The notes under the pieces are model-generated. The model saw only the letters and a list, made by a program, of their open reading frames with translations. It searched no databases and had not been told where the DNA came from. From positions 18,148 to 82,147 of the forward strand of contig CAZHRU010000001.1 in assembly GCA_964535015.1 (NCBI GenBank): DNA of 64,000 bases, written 5' to 3'. Within the stretch, counting starts at the first letter, position 1; the number at the start of each line of letters is the position of its first letter. The DNA is from an uncultured Verrucomicrobiota bacterium (GTDB lineage: Bacteria > Verrucomicrobiota > Kiritimatiellia > CAIKKV01 > CAITUY01). Positions 27,018 through 38,077 of the stretch are shown here, in pieces. A program made the position numbers and the translations under genes.

Positions 27018-28112
27018 TCATGAAGATTTGAAGAGTCGCACCTGTTTCATCAGGTGATCGAGGATATCGGCCTCGGCGATGGTGGCGAGTAACTCGCCCC
27101 TGACATACAAGGCGGCCTTGCCCTTGCCGCCGGCGATGGCGATATCGGCCTCGCGGGCTTCGCCGGGACCGTTCACCACGCATCCCATCACGGCCACCGT
27201 CGGGCGTGCGGCCTCGGGATGGGTCCGATAGTGAGCCTCCAACGCGGACTCCACCCGGCGTGCCAGGGCAACCACATCGATCTGGATTCTTCCGCAGGTG
27301 GGGCAGGAGATGACCGATGCTCCCGGGGGACAGAGTCCGAAGCAGCGGAGTAGTTCGAGTCCGACGCGCACTTCCTGGGCGGGTTCGTCGGTCAGCGAGA
27401 CGCGAAGGGTATCGCCGATGCCCTCAGAGAGGAGCAGTCCCATGGCGACGCTGGATCGGACGGTGCCGGCCAGCAGGGTTCCGGCTTCCGTGACGCCGAG
27501 GTGGAGGGGGTGATCGGTGGCGAGCGAAAGGAGGCGGTAGGACTCCACGGTGCGTGCCACGTCGGAGGCCTTTACCGAAATCTTGATCCAGGGGTGGCCG
27601 GCATCCTCGAGGATGCGTACGTGCCGCATGGCGCTTTCGACCATGGCCTGGGGCGTGGCGCCGCCGTACTTTTCCAGAAGATCCTTTTCGAGGGACCCGG
27701 CGTTGACGCCGATGCGGATGGGGACCTTTCGTCCGGCGGCGGCGCTGACGACCTCGCGGACACGGTCCAATCCGCCGATATTGCCGGGGTTGATCCGCAG
27801 TCCATCCACGCCGCTGTCCAGGGCGATGAGGGCGAGTTTGTGCTGAAAATGGATGTCGGCGACGAGGGGGATGGAGACCTCGCGCCGGATGTCGGCCAGG
27901 GCCCGTGCGGCAGGTTCGTCGACGACCGCGAGGCGAACGATGTGGCACCCGAGGGTTTGGAGGTCCAGGATTTGTTCAACGGTGGCCTTGACGTCACGGG
28001 TATCCGTCTTGGTCATGGTCTGGACGCTGACGGGGGCGGTACCGCCGACGGCCACAGCGCCGATGTGGATCTGGCGGGTCGGGCGGCGTTTGGCGAGCAA
28101 TACGCTTTGCAT
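27018..28112 (-). CDS. ispG: 4-hydroxy-3-methylbut-2-en-1-yl diphosphate synthase
   Basis: Full-length GcpE pattern: IHIGAVAVGG, VRLAV, RINPGNIG and C-terminal CPTCGR...GCVVNGPGEA. Confidence 0.92.
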   Translation of the reverse strand: MQSVLLAKRRPTRQIHIGAVAVGGTAPVSVQTMTKTDTRDVKATVEQILDLQTLGCHIVRLAVVDEPAARALADIRREVSIPLVADIHFQHKLALIALDSGVDGLRINPGNIGGLDRVREVVSAAAGRKVPIRIGVNAGSLEKDLLEKYGGATPQAMVESAMRHVRILEDAGHPWIKISVKASDVARTVESYRLLSLATDHPLHLGVTEAGTLLAGTVRSSVAMGLLLSEGIGDTLRVSLTDEPAQEVRVGLELLRCFGLCPPGASVISCPTCGRIQIDVVALARRVESALEAHYRTHPEAARPTVAVMGCVVNGPGEAREADIAIAGGKGKAALYVRGELLATIAEADILDHLMKQVRLFKSS

Positions 28113-28118
28113 GGGTCA

Positions 28119-29582
28119 CTATTCCGTTGAGGCAGGGGCAGGTGCAGGGTTGGGGGTAGCCGGCTGAACATTTTCCTGTTTCGGTTGGAGCAGGCGGTTA
28201 AGTTGTCGGCCCACCGGGGTCATTCGCCAGACATCGCGTCCGGTGAGAAAGACGAACACAGTAATCAGGAGGATGGCAAACGTATTGGTGGCGATACTGA
28301 TGACCCTGGCATGGACCGGGCGGCGGGTGATGAGTTCCCAGAGGCAGAAGAGGATATGGCCGCCATCAAGGACGGGAATGGGCAGGATGTTGAGAATGGC
28401 CAGGTTGACGTTCAGGAAGGCGGTGAAGAAGACGGCCACCATGAGACTGATGCGCACAACGTAGTAGTAGGTGATCAGGATGGCGAGGGGCCCCCCGATC
28501 GAGCGGGCGGCCGGACCGGCCTGACCGGGTGTGGTCAGGGCTCCGAGGGTGCGGAAGATGGCGGTGGAATGCGACTTGATCTGGGACCAGGGAGACGGGT
28601 GTACGGTCTTGTCAAACTCGACGTCGGTCACGTTGAACTGCACACCGATCCGGACTTGTTCTGTTTTCGGGTCATAATCGGGCGTGACGTGGCTGGTGAC
28701 GAGTTCGTTGTTGCGGCGGACTTTGATAGGGGAGGTCAGTCCCTTTCGTTCCCCGACGAGAGCGATGAGTTGGGTACGGCTGATGATCTCGTGACCGTCG
28801 TACTCGACGATGATGTCGCCGCCCTGGAGGCCGGCGCGCGCCGCGCTCATGCCGGGATCGGTGGCGAGAACCATACACAAACTGCGGCCATCCACGCCGC
28901 CAAGGGTCTGCTCGCCGAACATGCCGCGTTCGGTGGGGATGGTGAGGGTCAAGGTTTCTCCGCCGCGTCGGACCGTGGCGTTAACAGACTCAAACCGGGC
29001 GCAGACCATGAGGAAATCGATCCAGCTTTGGACGGCCTCGCCGTTGGCGGAGACCACGGCATCGCCAATGCGAAGGCCGGCCTTATACGCAAGGCTGTCG
29101 TTGGCAACATAGCCGACGATGGGGCTGGTTTCGGCCAGGGTGGCGGGTTTGCCGACGAGATAGACGACCCAGGCCAACATGATGGCGAGGATAATGTTGC
29201 CTGCGGCACCCGCCGCCGAGACCAGAATGCGTTTGGCCGGCGAGATGTAGGGGAGGTGACGGGGTGGCGAGTCGGGTGTTTCCGGGGCCGGCGCTTTCTC
29301 AAAGGGCTGGGGTTCATCAGTCTTGGATGACCCTTGGAGTTTTTCCATGCCGTTGGGGTCCAGTTGGGGAAGTGCGACATACCCGCCGAACGGAATGCAT
29401 CCGATCTTGTAGACAATCCCGTTGACCTTGCGTTGCCACAGTGCCGGGCCAAAACCGATGGAGAACACGTCCACGACCAGTCCGCACCACCGGGCAGCGA
29501 GGAAGTGGCCCAGTTCGTGAACAAAAATGGTGAGGCCAAAAAGCAGAGCAACGACGGCGATGGTGAAAACGGTGGTTAACAT
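28119..29582 (-). CDS. rseP: RIP site-2 metalloprotease (M50) with PDZ domains
   Basis: HELGHFLAARW HExxH motif, PDZ-like middle region, and C-terminal NLLPIPVLDGGH. Confidence 0.9.
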   Translation of the reverse strand: MLTTVFTIAVVALLFGLTIFVHELGHFLAARWCGLVVDVFSIGFGPALWQRKVNGIVYKIGCIPFGGYVALPQLDPNGMEKLQGSSKTDEPQPFEKAPAPETPDSPPRHLPYISPAKRILVSAAGAAGNIILAIMLAWVVYLVGKPATLAETSPIVGYVANDSLAYKAGLRIGDAVVSANGEAVQSWIDFLMVCARFESVNATVRRGGETLTLTIPTERGMFGEQTLGGVDGRSLCMVLATDPGMSAARAGLQGGDIIVEYDGHEIISRTQLIALVGERKGLTSPIKVRRNNELVTSHVTPDYDPKTEQVRIGVQFNVTDVEFDKTVHPSPWSQIKSHSTAIFRTLGALTTPGQAGPAARSIGGPLAILITYYYVVRISLMVAVFFTAFLNVNLAILNILPIPVLDGGHILFCLWELITRRPVHARVISIATNTFAILLITVFVFLTGRDVWRMTPVGRQLNRLLQPKQENVQPATPNPAPAPASTE

Positions 29583-29594
29583 AGAGCAGTGTCC

Positions 29595-30776
29595 TTACTT
29601 TCGGTTGGCAGTGACTTGGCAGTGGCGGTTGGCTTCCTGACGGGCCCAGTGGTCGGCCCGGTCAATATCGTCCAGAGTGGGTTCATTGATGACATGGTGC
29701 AGATTCATGACGGCTTCAACGGTGTGCCAGATGCCGGAGAAGGCGAGTTGGCCGATCAGGAATCGGTCTACGGCGATTTCGTTGGCGGCGTTCAGGACAG
29801 CGGGCATGGAACCGCCGGTGATGGCCGCCTGACGGGCCAGTCGGAGACAGGGGAAGCGGATGAGGTCCGGGGCGTGGAAGTGGAGGGGCCCCATGTTGGC
29901 TAGGTCGAGGGCGGGGAGGCGTCCATCCACCCGGTCAGGATAGGTGAGCGCGTGTTGGATGGCGAAGCGCATATCGGGCGGACTTAACTGGGCGAGGACG
30001 CTTCCATCCACGAACTCCACCATGGAGTGGACGATGCTTTCGGGGTGAATGACGACCTCGATGCGGTCGTAGGGGATTCCGAACAGCCAGTGGGCTTCCA
30101 TGATTTCGAGGCCCTTGTTCATGAGGGTGGCGGAATCAACAGTGACTTTGCGGCCCATATTCCAGCGGGGATGTTTCAGGGCATCCGCGGCGGTAACCTT
30201 GTCGAAATCGAGATCGTGCCGGGTGGCAAAAGGGCCGCCCGAGGCGGTCAGGATCAGGCGGCGGATTTCGGAGGAGGGGTGTCCGTCTATGCATTGGAAA
30301 ATCGCGCTATGTTCGCTATCGACCGGAAGGAGGCGGGCGTGATGGCGGGTGGCGGTATCCATGACGGTTTTGCCGGCCGCAACCAGAACTTCCTTGGTGG
30401 CGAGGGCGACGTTGCGGCCCTGTTCCAGGGCCGCCAATACGGAGCGCAGTCCGGCCATGCCGACGAGTGCGCACAGGACGATATCGGCATCCGGCAGGGC
30501 GGCAAGGCGGGTAACGCCCGTATCGCCGGCATGAATAGCGATGCCGTGTGGATGGCTGGCGGTGCAGGCGGCGGCAAGAGACGGGTCAGCGATGGCGATG
30601 TTGCGGACGTTGAGGTGACGAGCCTGTTCGAGCAGGCGGTCAACATTGGATCGCGCGGCCAGGCCGACGATTTCGATGCGGTCGGGCAGGGCGGCGGCCA
30701 CGCGCAGGGCGTTTTCGCCAATCGAACCGGTGCTACCGAGGACGACGACACGTTTCTTAAGGGGGTTAGATGACAT
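29595..30776 (-). CDS. dxr: 1-deoxy-D-xylulose 5-phosphate reductoisomerase
   Basis: KRVVVLGSTGSIGENAL, LPVDSEHSAIFQC and NKGLE motifs. The start is taken at MSSNPLKK (30776). Confidence 0.92.
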   Translation of the reverse strand: MSSNPLKKRVVVLGSTGSIGENALRVAAALPDRIEIVGLAARSNVDRLLEQARHLNVRNIAIADPSLAAACTASHPHGIAIHAGDTGVTRLAALPDADIVLCALVGMAGLRSVLAALEQGRNVALATKEVLVAAGKTVMDTATRHHARLLPVDSEHSAIFQCIDGHPSSEIRRLILTASGGPFATRHDLDFDKVTAADALKHPRWNMGRKVTVDSATLMNKGLEIMEAHWLFGIPYDRIEVVIHPESIVHSMVEFVDGSVLAQLSPPDMRFAIQHALTYPDRVDGRLPALDLANMGPLHFHAPDLIRFPCLRLARQAAITGGSMPAVLNAANEIAVDRFLIGQLAFSGIWHTVEAVMNLHHVINEPTLDDIDRADHWARQEANRHCQVTANRK

Positions 30777-31686
30777 GGGCAAACCATCGCAGGTAGAAAT
30801 ACAGGGCCGGGGCGGCAAACAGGAGGCTGTCCAGGACATCGAGGATGCCGCCCATGCCGGGGAAGAGGCATCCGGAATCCTTCATGCCGGCCGAACGTTT
30901 GAACAGTGACTCGACGAGATCGCCGAGGACACCGATGGCGGCGAGAAAGGCGCCGAGGAACCAGGCATGGGTGGAGTTGATAATGAGGCGTCCGAAGGTG
31001 ATGGTGTCGGGATCCGCTTCGGCGGCAAGTGTGAGCCGGACGAAGAGGACGCTGGCAAGGATGCCTGCGGCGAGGCCACCGGCGAGGCCTTCCCAGGTCT
31101 TTCCGGGAGAAATCCGGGGAAACAGTTTGTGGCGTCCGATGAGGCTGCCGACGAAATAGGCGCCGACATCCGAGGCTTTGACCACGACGATGAGATAGAG
31201 GAGCAACCGGCAGGCAGTGGGTGAGAGGGGGGCGAGCGGGGCGGTGGGCGTCCATTGGAAACCGAGGAGGAAGAAGAACATCATCAGGAGCGGGATATAG
31301 GTCAAGCCCAAGAGGGTACATGCGATGGTCTGCAAAGGTTGGGGGTTGTCTTTTTGGGGGAACTGGCGGACGAAAATCCCGAACACAATGAAAACCAAAG
31401 CCAGAATTGGCAATTCCTTCCAGACATCCACAGGGTGTCGGCTGGTGATGAATTGGACGTTCAGCGACAGATAGGTGGTGGCCAGCATTACAACGCCGGC
31501 CAGTGTTCCCAGCACCCGAAAGACAGGGATGCCGGCGTTACGGAGGATGGTATAGAATTCCAGAAGCCCCACGACAGCCAGCAGGAACAGGACGCCCACG
31601 GCGACGAGGGACGGGAGAACAAACATGATAAGAGCGACTCCACCCAGGAGGATGATGGCACTCAGTGTACGTCTTAATAGAACCAT
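30766..31686 (-). CDS. cdsA: Phosphatidate cytidylyltransferase
   Basis: Polytopic protein with the C-terminal signature SLFKRSAGMKDSGCLFPGMGGILD. Confidence 0.85.
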   Translation of the reverse strand: MVLLRRTLSAIILLGGVALIMFVLPSLVAVGVLFLLAVVGLLEFYTILRNAGIPVFRVLGTLAGVVMLATTYLSLNVQFITSRHPVDVWKELPILALVFIVFGIFVRQFPQKDNPQPLQTIACTLLGLTYIPLLMMFFFLLGFQWTPTAPLAPLSPTACRLLLYLIVVVKASDVGAYFVGSLIGRHKLFPRISPGKTWEGLAGGLAAGILASVLFVRLTLAAEADPDTITFGRLIINSTHAWFLGAFLAAIGVLGDLVESLFKRSAGMKDSGCLFPGMGGILDVLDSLLFAAPALYFYLRWFAHVI

Positions 31687-31713
31687 GTTTTGTTCCTTGT
31701 CGGTCGAAATGGT

Positions 31714-32463
31714 TTATTCCACCAGGCCGAAGCGGCGGTGCCGGTTGCCGTATTCCTCAACGGCCTTGATGAGTTGATCCTCGCGGAAATCGGGCCACAG
31801 GACGTCGGTGACGTACAATTCGGCGTAGGAAAGTTGCCAGAGGAGGAAATTGCTGATGCGCATTTCGCCGCTGGTCCGGATCAGCAGATCCGGATCCGGG
31901 ATATCGGGCGCATAGAGGTGGGCGGCCACGGTGCTTTCGTCGATTTTATCGACGTCCAGTTCGCCCGCCTTGGCCTTGCGGGCGATCTCTCTGGCGGCGG
32001 CGGCGATTTCGGTGCGGCCGCCGTAACTGAGGGCGAGGACGAGGTTGCCCTCCTTGTAATGTTCGGTGGCGTGCATGACGCGGTTCAGTTCGCGTCGTAC
32101 GGATTTGGGGAGATCGGAGAGGCGGCCGATGGTGCGGAGGCGCACCTTATTGTCGTGAAACTCCTGTTCTTCCTTGCGGAGGAAGCGTTTGAGCAGGTCC
32201 ATCAGGGCGTCGACCTCCTGCTTCGGGCGGGCCCAATTCTCGACGCTGAACGCATAGACGGTCAGATAGCGGATACCGAGTTTGCGGCAGGTGCGGATGG
32301 CAATGCGGACGGATTCGGCGCCGCGTTCATGGCCTTTGACCCGGGGGAGGTTGCGCTGTCTGGCCCAACGCCCGTTGCCATCCATGATAATGGCCACATG
32401 GGTGGGGATCTTGGCCGGGGGTGTCACCGGCGCGCCTTGGGTTGTTTGTGGCAAGGGATCCAT
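31714..32463 (-). CDS. uppS: Isoprenyl (undecaprenyl) diphosphate synthase
   Basis: HVAIIMDGNGRWA, YAFSVENW and RTSGEMRISNFLLWQ. Confidence 0.92.
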   Translation of the reverse strand: MDPLPQTTQGAPVTPPAKIPTHVAIIMDGNGRWARQRNLPRVKGHERGAESVRIAIRTCRKLGIRYLTVYAFSVENWARPKQEVDALMDLLKRFLRKEEQEFHDNKVRLRTIGRLSDLPKSVRRELNRVMHATEHYKEGNLVLALSYGGRTEIAAAAREIARKAKAGELDVDKIDESTVAAHLYAPDIPDPDLLIRTSGEMRISNFLLWQLSYAELYVTDVLWPDFREDQLIKAVEEYGNRHRRFGLVE

Positions 32464-32471
32464 GATCAGGT

Positions 32472-33788
<1,317 letters not shown>

Positions 33789-33911
33789 TTAATAGCAAAG
33801 ATTACCGGTTCCGGCAAGCATGGGAAGTAATCTGCAGGGCAAAAGCAAACGAGAGTCAGTCTGTATCGTCCCAAAACGCCTTTTTCGACCACCCCATCCT
33901 CAACTCGCCTT

Positions 33912-34078
33912 AAGCGACTAGGGACACAAGCGACTAGGAAGCGACTAGGGACATAAGCGACTAGGGACAGGCAGTTAGTAGAGAAAGTGGTAGACAGATA
34001 ATAGGCTATGTAGTATAAGCGACTAGGGACAGGCAGTTAGTAGAGAAAGTGGTAGACAGATAAGAGGCTATGTAGTAT
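33912..34078. repeat. Direct-repeat array: five AAGCGACTAGG(G/A)A motifs. The last two are embedded in a head-to-tail 62-bp duplication (33955-34016 / 34017-34078, one mismatch: T at 34002, G at 34064)
   Basis: Read directly from the sequence. Motif starts at 33912, 33928, 33939, 33955 and 34017. Confidence 0.9.
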
Positions 34079-34139
34079 GCCGTCATAAAGAGGTGGTGCG
34101 GGGGTGTGATGGGGCGCGCGACTCTGGAGGAGGCCTGCT

Positions 34140-35147
34140 ATGAGGACGGCAAGGATTGTTGAGGATGGGGCGGCTTATTACCATGTCATCTCCCGGGTGG
34201 TGGACCGGCGGATGGTGTTTACTCCGGACGAGAAGGAACGGTTCCGTAAGTTGATGCGGGCCGTGGAGGAGTTCTCGGGAGTCCAGATCCTGACGTATGC
34301 CCTGATGACCAACCACTGGCATATCCTGGTGTACGTGCCGGAACGTCAGGCGGTTGACGACGAAGAGTTCATCCGGCGACTCAAGTGTTTATACAGCGGG
34401 GACATGGTGGATGTGTTGACGGATCATCTGGGCAAGTTGAGGGCGGGTGGCCAGCATGAAGCGGCGGAGGCGGTGAAGGCGGACTATATCTGCCGGATGT
34501 ACAACCTGTCGGAGTTTGTGAAGACGCTGAAACAGCGGGCCAGCATCTCGTATAACCGCAGGAATAACCGGAAGGGGACACTGTGGGAGGAACGGTTCAA
34601 GAGTGTGTTGATCGAAGGGGCAGTTGGGGCATTGAGTGCGACGGCGGCGTATATTGACCTGAATGCGGTGAGGGCGGGGATGGTAACGGATTCGAAGGAT
34701 TACCGGTACTGCGGGTATGGAGAGGCGGTGGGAGGAGGGGAGCAGGCGCGGGAAGGGTTGAGGAGGGCGTTTGGGGAGATGGGGGAGTGGAGTGAAGTGT
34801 CAGGGAGGTATCGCCAGTTGCTATATGTGACAGGGGAGGCGCGTGGGGTGAATGAGGAAGGTCAGGCGATCAAGCGAGGGTTTACGGCGGAGGCAGTGGA
34901 AGAGGTGATGAAGGGGAAGGGGAGATTGCCGTTGAATGTGGTGTTGCGGTGTCGGGTGCGGTATTTCACGGATGGGGCGATCCTGGGCGGTCGTGCATTT
35001 GTGGATGAGGCGTTCAGTCGGCACCGGGGTCATTTTGGGGAGAAGCGAGTGGATGGAGCGAGGGGGATGGCGGGAGGAGAGTGGGGGGATTTGGCGATAG
35101 CCCGCGCATTGCGGCTGTCGGTGATTGGACGACCGGCCCCGGCATAG
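34140..35147 (+). mobile_element. IS200-like Y1 (HUH) tyrosine transposase homologue, long RayT/REP-associated-like form
   Basis: YHVISRVVDRRMVF...ILTYALMTNHWHILV (HUH-type HxH), NRKGTLWEERFKSVLIE, and the C-terminal RCRVRYFTDGAILGGRAFV block. GGAGGAGG RBS upstream. Confidence 0.7.
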
Positions 35148-35508
35148 ACGCCGGGGAGGTGGGGACAAGCGGGATTGTTCTGTAAAGGTGATACACCAAG
35201 GGCGGAGCCATGTCTTGATCTCGTCGGGGTGACGTGAAAATGGTGTTCAAGGGGTTGGTTGACGTAGGTCTGGTGTGAAAATGGAGTCCTGGTTGTCGCT
35301 TCGGGCAAGAACAGGCGGATTAATGCAAGAGGAACTGGCGTCGTGTGTTGTTGGCTTCTGACTATTTGTGTGTCCCTTAGGTGGGGGATTGGAAATGCAG
35401 TCCGTGTTTTGCTAGGGCAGAGGAAAAAGACCTTTATGAACCGTCTTCGTTGCGATAAAGTCCCACATTTCGGTGGATTCATCAGAACGGGGTCAGTGAA
35501 GGACGATT

Positions 35509-36483
35509 ATGGAAAAGAAACTGCGAATCTTGTCGGGGATACAGCCTTCCGGCAAACTGCATTTGGGTAACTATTTCGGGATGATGAAACCGGCCTTGGA
35601 GTTGCAGAACCAGGGTGATGCGTACCTGTTTATCGCCAATTACCACGCACTGACGACCGTGAACGATCCGGCCGCCTTGCGGGCCAATACGCGGGATGTG
35701 GCACTGGACTTCCTGGCCTGCGGATTGGATCCGCAACGGACGGTTTTCTTCCGGCAGAGTGACGTGCCGGAGGTGACCGAGTTGAGTTGGTTGCTTTCCG
35801 TGGTGACGCCAATGGGGTTGCTGGAGCGGTGTCATTCCTACAAGGACAAACTGAGCAAAGGGATTGCGCCCACCCATGCGCTCTTCAGTTACCCGGTGTT
35901 GATGGCGGCAGACATCCTGGCGGTACAGTCCACGACGGTGCCGGTGGGGCGTGACCAGAAGCAGCATGTGGAGGTCACGCGGGATATTGCCATCAAGTTC
36001 AATCTGCAGTTCGGGGAGGTGTTCCGGGTTCCCGAACCGGTGATCCGTGATGAGGTGGCCGTGGTGCCAGGGGTGGACGGGCTGAAGATGTCGAAGTCGT
36101 ATAACAACACCATCGAGATTTTCGGGACGGAAAAGGAGACGCGGGCACGGTGCATGAAGATTGTGACCGACAGCAAGCAACTGCTGGATCCCAAGGATCC
36201 GGCGACGTGCAATGTGTTCGCCCTGTACCGGTTGTTTGCTGACGAGGCGGACCGGCAGGAGATGGAGCAACGCTACCGGGCGGGCGGGTTCGGGTATGGG
36301 GACGCGAAAAAGAAGTTGTTTGAGCGGGTGTGGACCTATTTTGAACCCTTCCGGCGCCGGCGTCAGGAGTTGGAAGGCGATCCCGGGTATGTGGAATCGG
36401 TTTTGAGTGACGGGGCGGCGCGGGCGCGGGTGGAAGCACGGAAGACACTAGACGCGGCACGGCAGGCGGTGGGGTTGGGGTGA
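35509..36483 (+). CDS. trpS: Tryptophan--tRNA ligase
   Basis: GIQPSGKLHLGNYFG (HIGH-type) and KMSKS. Confidence 0.95.
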   Translation: MEKKLRILSGIQPSGKLHLGNYFGMMKPALELQNQGDAYLFIANYHALTTVNDPAALRANTRDVALDFLACGLDPQRTVFFRQSDVPEVTELSWLLSVVTPMGLLERCHSYKDKLSKGIAPTHALFSYPVLMAADILAVQSTTVPVGRDQKQHVEVTRDIAIKFNLQFGEVFRVPEPVIRDEVAVVPGVDGLKMSKSYNNTIEIFGTEKETRARCMKIVTDSKQLLDPKDPATCNVFALYRLFADEADRQEMEQRYRAGGFGYGDAKKKLFERVWTYFEPFRRRRQELEGDPGYVESVLSDGAARARVEARKTLDAARQAVGLG

Positions 36484-36545
36484 TAGCAGGGATGTGAACA
36501 GGACGACAGGGGAACCGCCCACGGAGAGAACAAAGGAACAATGCG

Positions 36546-37289
36546 ATGACAGAGATGGTTATTGAGGATGACTACAAGGTTCAGCTCGAAATTTTCGAGG
36601 GGCCGTTGGATCTGCTGCTGTATTTGATCAAGCGGGACGAAGTTGACATCTACAATATTCCGATCGAGCGGGTTACGAAGCAGTACATGGAGTATCTCTC
36701 CCTGATGAAACTGCTCGACTTGAACATCGCCGGTGAGTTTATTGTGATGGCGGCGACGCTGATGATGATCAAGAGCCGGATGCTGTTGCCGGTTGATGAG
36801 CGCCCGGACCTGGAGGAGGAAGAGGAGGATCCGCGTTGGGAACTGGTGCGCCAACTTGTTGAATACAAGAAGTTCAAGGAGGCGGCGGGCGTGCTGCAGC
36901 AACGGGAGTACGTGCAGGAGAATGTGTTTGGTCGCGGGCTGGATCCGGTGGTCGCCGTGGAACCCGAGCAGGGGGTGGGCATCGGAGATGTCAGCATCTT
37001 TGATCTGATCACGGCGTTCAACGATGCCCTCAAGCGGGTCAAGGTGCAGGAGTTCGGGGAAATTGTGGATGACCGGTACACGGTGGTGGACAAGATCGAG
37101 CACATCCTGGGGACGATCCGAACGAACAAGCGCGTGGAGTTTTCGAGTCTGTTTGCAGACGCGGCGTCGCGGTTTGAGATTGTCTGCACGTTTCTTGCGT
37201 TGCTGGAGTTGATCCGGTTGCGTCAGGTGGTGGCGCATCAGGAGGGCGATTTCGGGCGGATCATGATTGGCCAGGAGGGCGAGGGGTAA
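36546..37289 (+). CDS. scpA: Segregation and condensation protein A (kleisin)
   Basis: LEIFEGPLDLLLYLIKRDEVDIYNIPI N-terminus, acidic linker, and C-terminal winged helix FLALLELIR. Confidence 0.85.
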   Translation: MTEMVIEDDYKVQLEIFEGPLDLLLYLIKRDEVDIYNIPIERVTKQYMEYLSLMKLLDLNIAGEFIVMAATLMMIKSRMLLPVDERPDLEEEEEDPRWELVRQLVEYKKFKEAAGVLQQREYVQENVFGRGLDPVVAVEPEQGVGIGDVSIFDLITAFNDALKRVKVQEFGEIVDDRYTVVDKIEHILGTIRTNKRVEFSSLFADAASRFEIVCTFLALLELIRLRQVVAHQEGDFGRIMIGQEGEG

Positions 37290-37339
37290 CTGGGGAATGG
37301 TTGATGGTTTGTGGGGGCGGGCGGCGGTGATATAAAGAA

Positions 37340-38077
37340 TTGAGAATGACGGCAGAGGAAAGGGAAAGTGACGATATGGAAATGCAGTTGGAACTCAAAC
37401 AGGTGCTGGGAGCGATCATCTTCGCGGCACGCCAATCGCTGACCGTTGGGGCCCTGCGGAAGATCCTGCAGGAGACGGCGCAGGCCTACGGCGAGGAAGC
37501 CAACGTATTCGCGTCGGCCAAGGAGTCCGACATCAAGGCGGCGCTGGCCCGGTTGCAGGCCGATTGCGAGACGAACAAGCCGGGGTTTGACCTGGTGGAG
37601 AGTGCTGATGGATACCGGTTCCAGAGCGATCCGGCGGGCGGGTTGTGGGTAAGACATATGCTCGATGTGGGGAAACCCACGCGGCTCTCGAGACCGGCGT
37701 TGGAGACGCTGGCGATCATCGCGTACCGGCAGCCGATTTCCCGTTCCGAGATTGAGGGCGTACGTGGTGTCACCGTGGACCATGTACTGCGTATGCTGAT
37801 GGAGATGCAGTTGATCAAGATTACGGGGCGCAGCGAACTGCCCGGTCGGCCGATGCTTTACGGCACCACCCAATTATTTCTGGATCATTTCGGGTTGAAG
37901 GAGATCAAGCAATTGCCGGGAATCGAGGAAATGGCCCGCATGGAAATGCAGAGGCAGAAGGCGGCGCCTGCGGCGGCGCCGGCACCCGTATCGTCCCCGG
38001 CGGCCGTGGCGGCGCCGGATCCGGCTGTGGCGACTCCCGAAGTTGCGGAACCTAAAGCAGAGGAGGATCCGTCATGA
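37340..38077 (+). CDS. scpB: Segregation and condensation protein B
   Basis: GAIIFAARQSLTV..., LSRPALETLAIIAYRQPISRSEIEGVRGV and GRPMLYGTT. The start is uncertain (37340 or 37376). Confidence 0.8.
   Translation: MRMTAEERESDDMEMQLELKQVLGAIIFAARQSLTVGALRKILQETAQAYGEEANVFASAKESDIKAALARLQADCETNKPGFDLVESADGYRFQSDPAGGLWVRHMLDVGKPTRLSRPALETLAIIAYRQPISRSEIEGVRGVTVDHVLRMLMEMQLIKITGRSELPGRPMLYGTTQLFLDHFGLKEIKQLPGIEEMARMEMQRQKAAPAAAPAPVSSPAAVAAPDPAVATPEVAEPKAEEDPS

Noticed and set aside
28185-29330. Long antisense ORFs opposite well-supported genes: 28185-29330 (+), 39151-40176 (-), 37885-39090 (-), 7563-8672 (-), 2213-3427 (-), 12354-13355 (-), 18544-19521 (-), 36363-37238 (-), 53220-54038 (-)
   Set aside because: They have the typical high-GC shadow-frame composition (R, P, G, H rich) and no recognisable motifs. 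Each is fully nested against a gene with clear family signatures.
33955-34078. 62-bp direct repeats considered as a CRISPR array
   Set aside because: There are only two copies, abutting head-to-tail with no spacer. The repeat is too long and no cas genes are in the window.
35148-35508. 360-bp trpS upstream region examined for a T-box or other riboswitch (contains the GTGAAAATGG x2 repeat)
   Set aside because: I could not recognise a T-box consensus, specifier-loop architecture or terminator/antiterminator pair. The region is more simply the right flank of the IS200-like gene.
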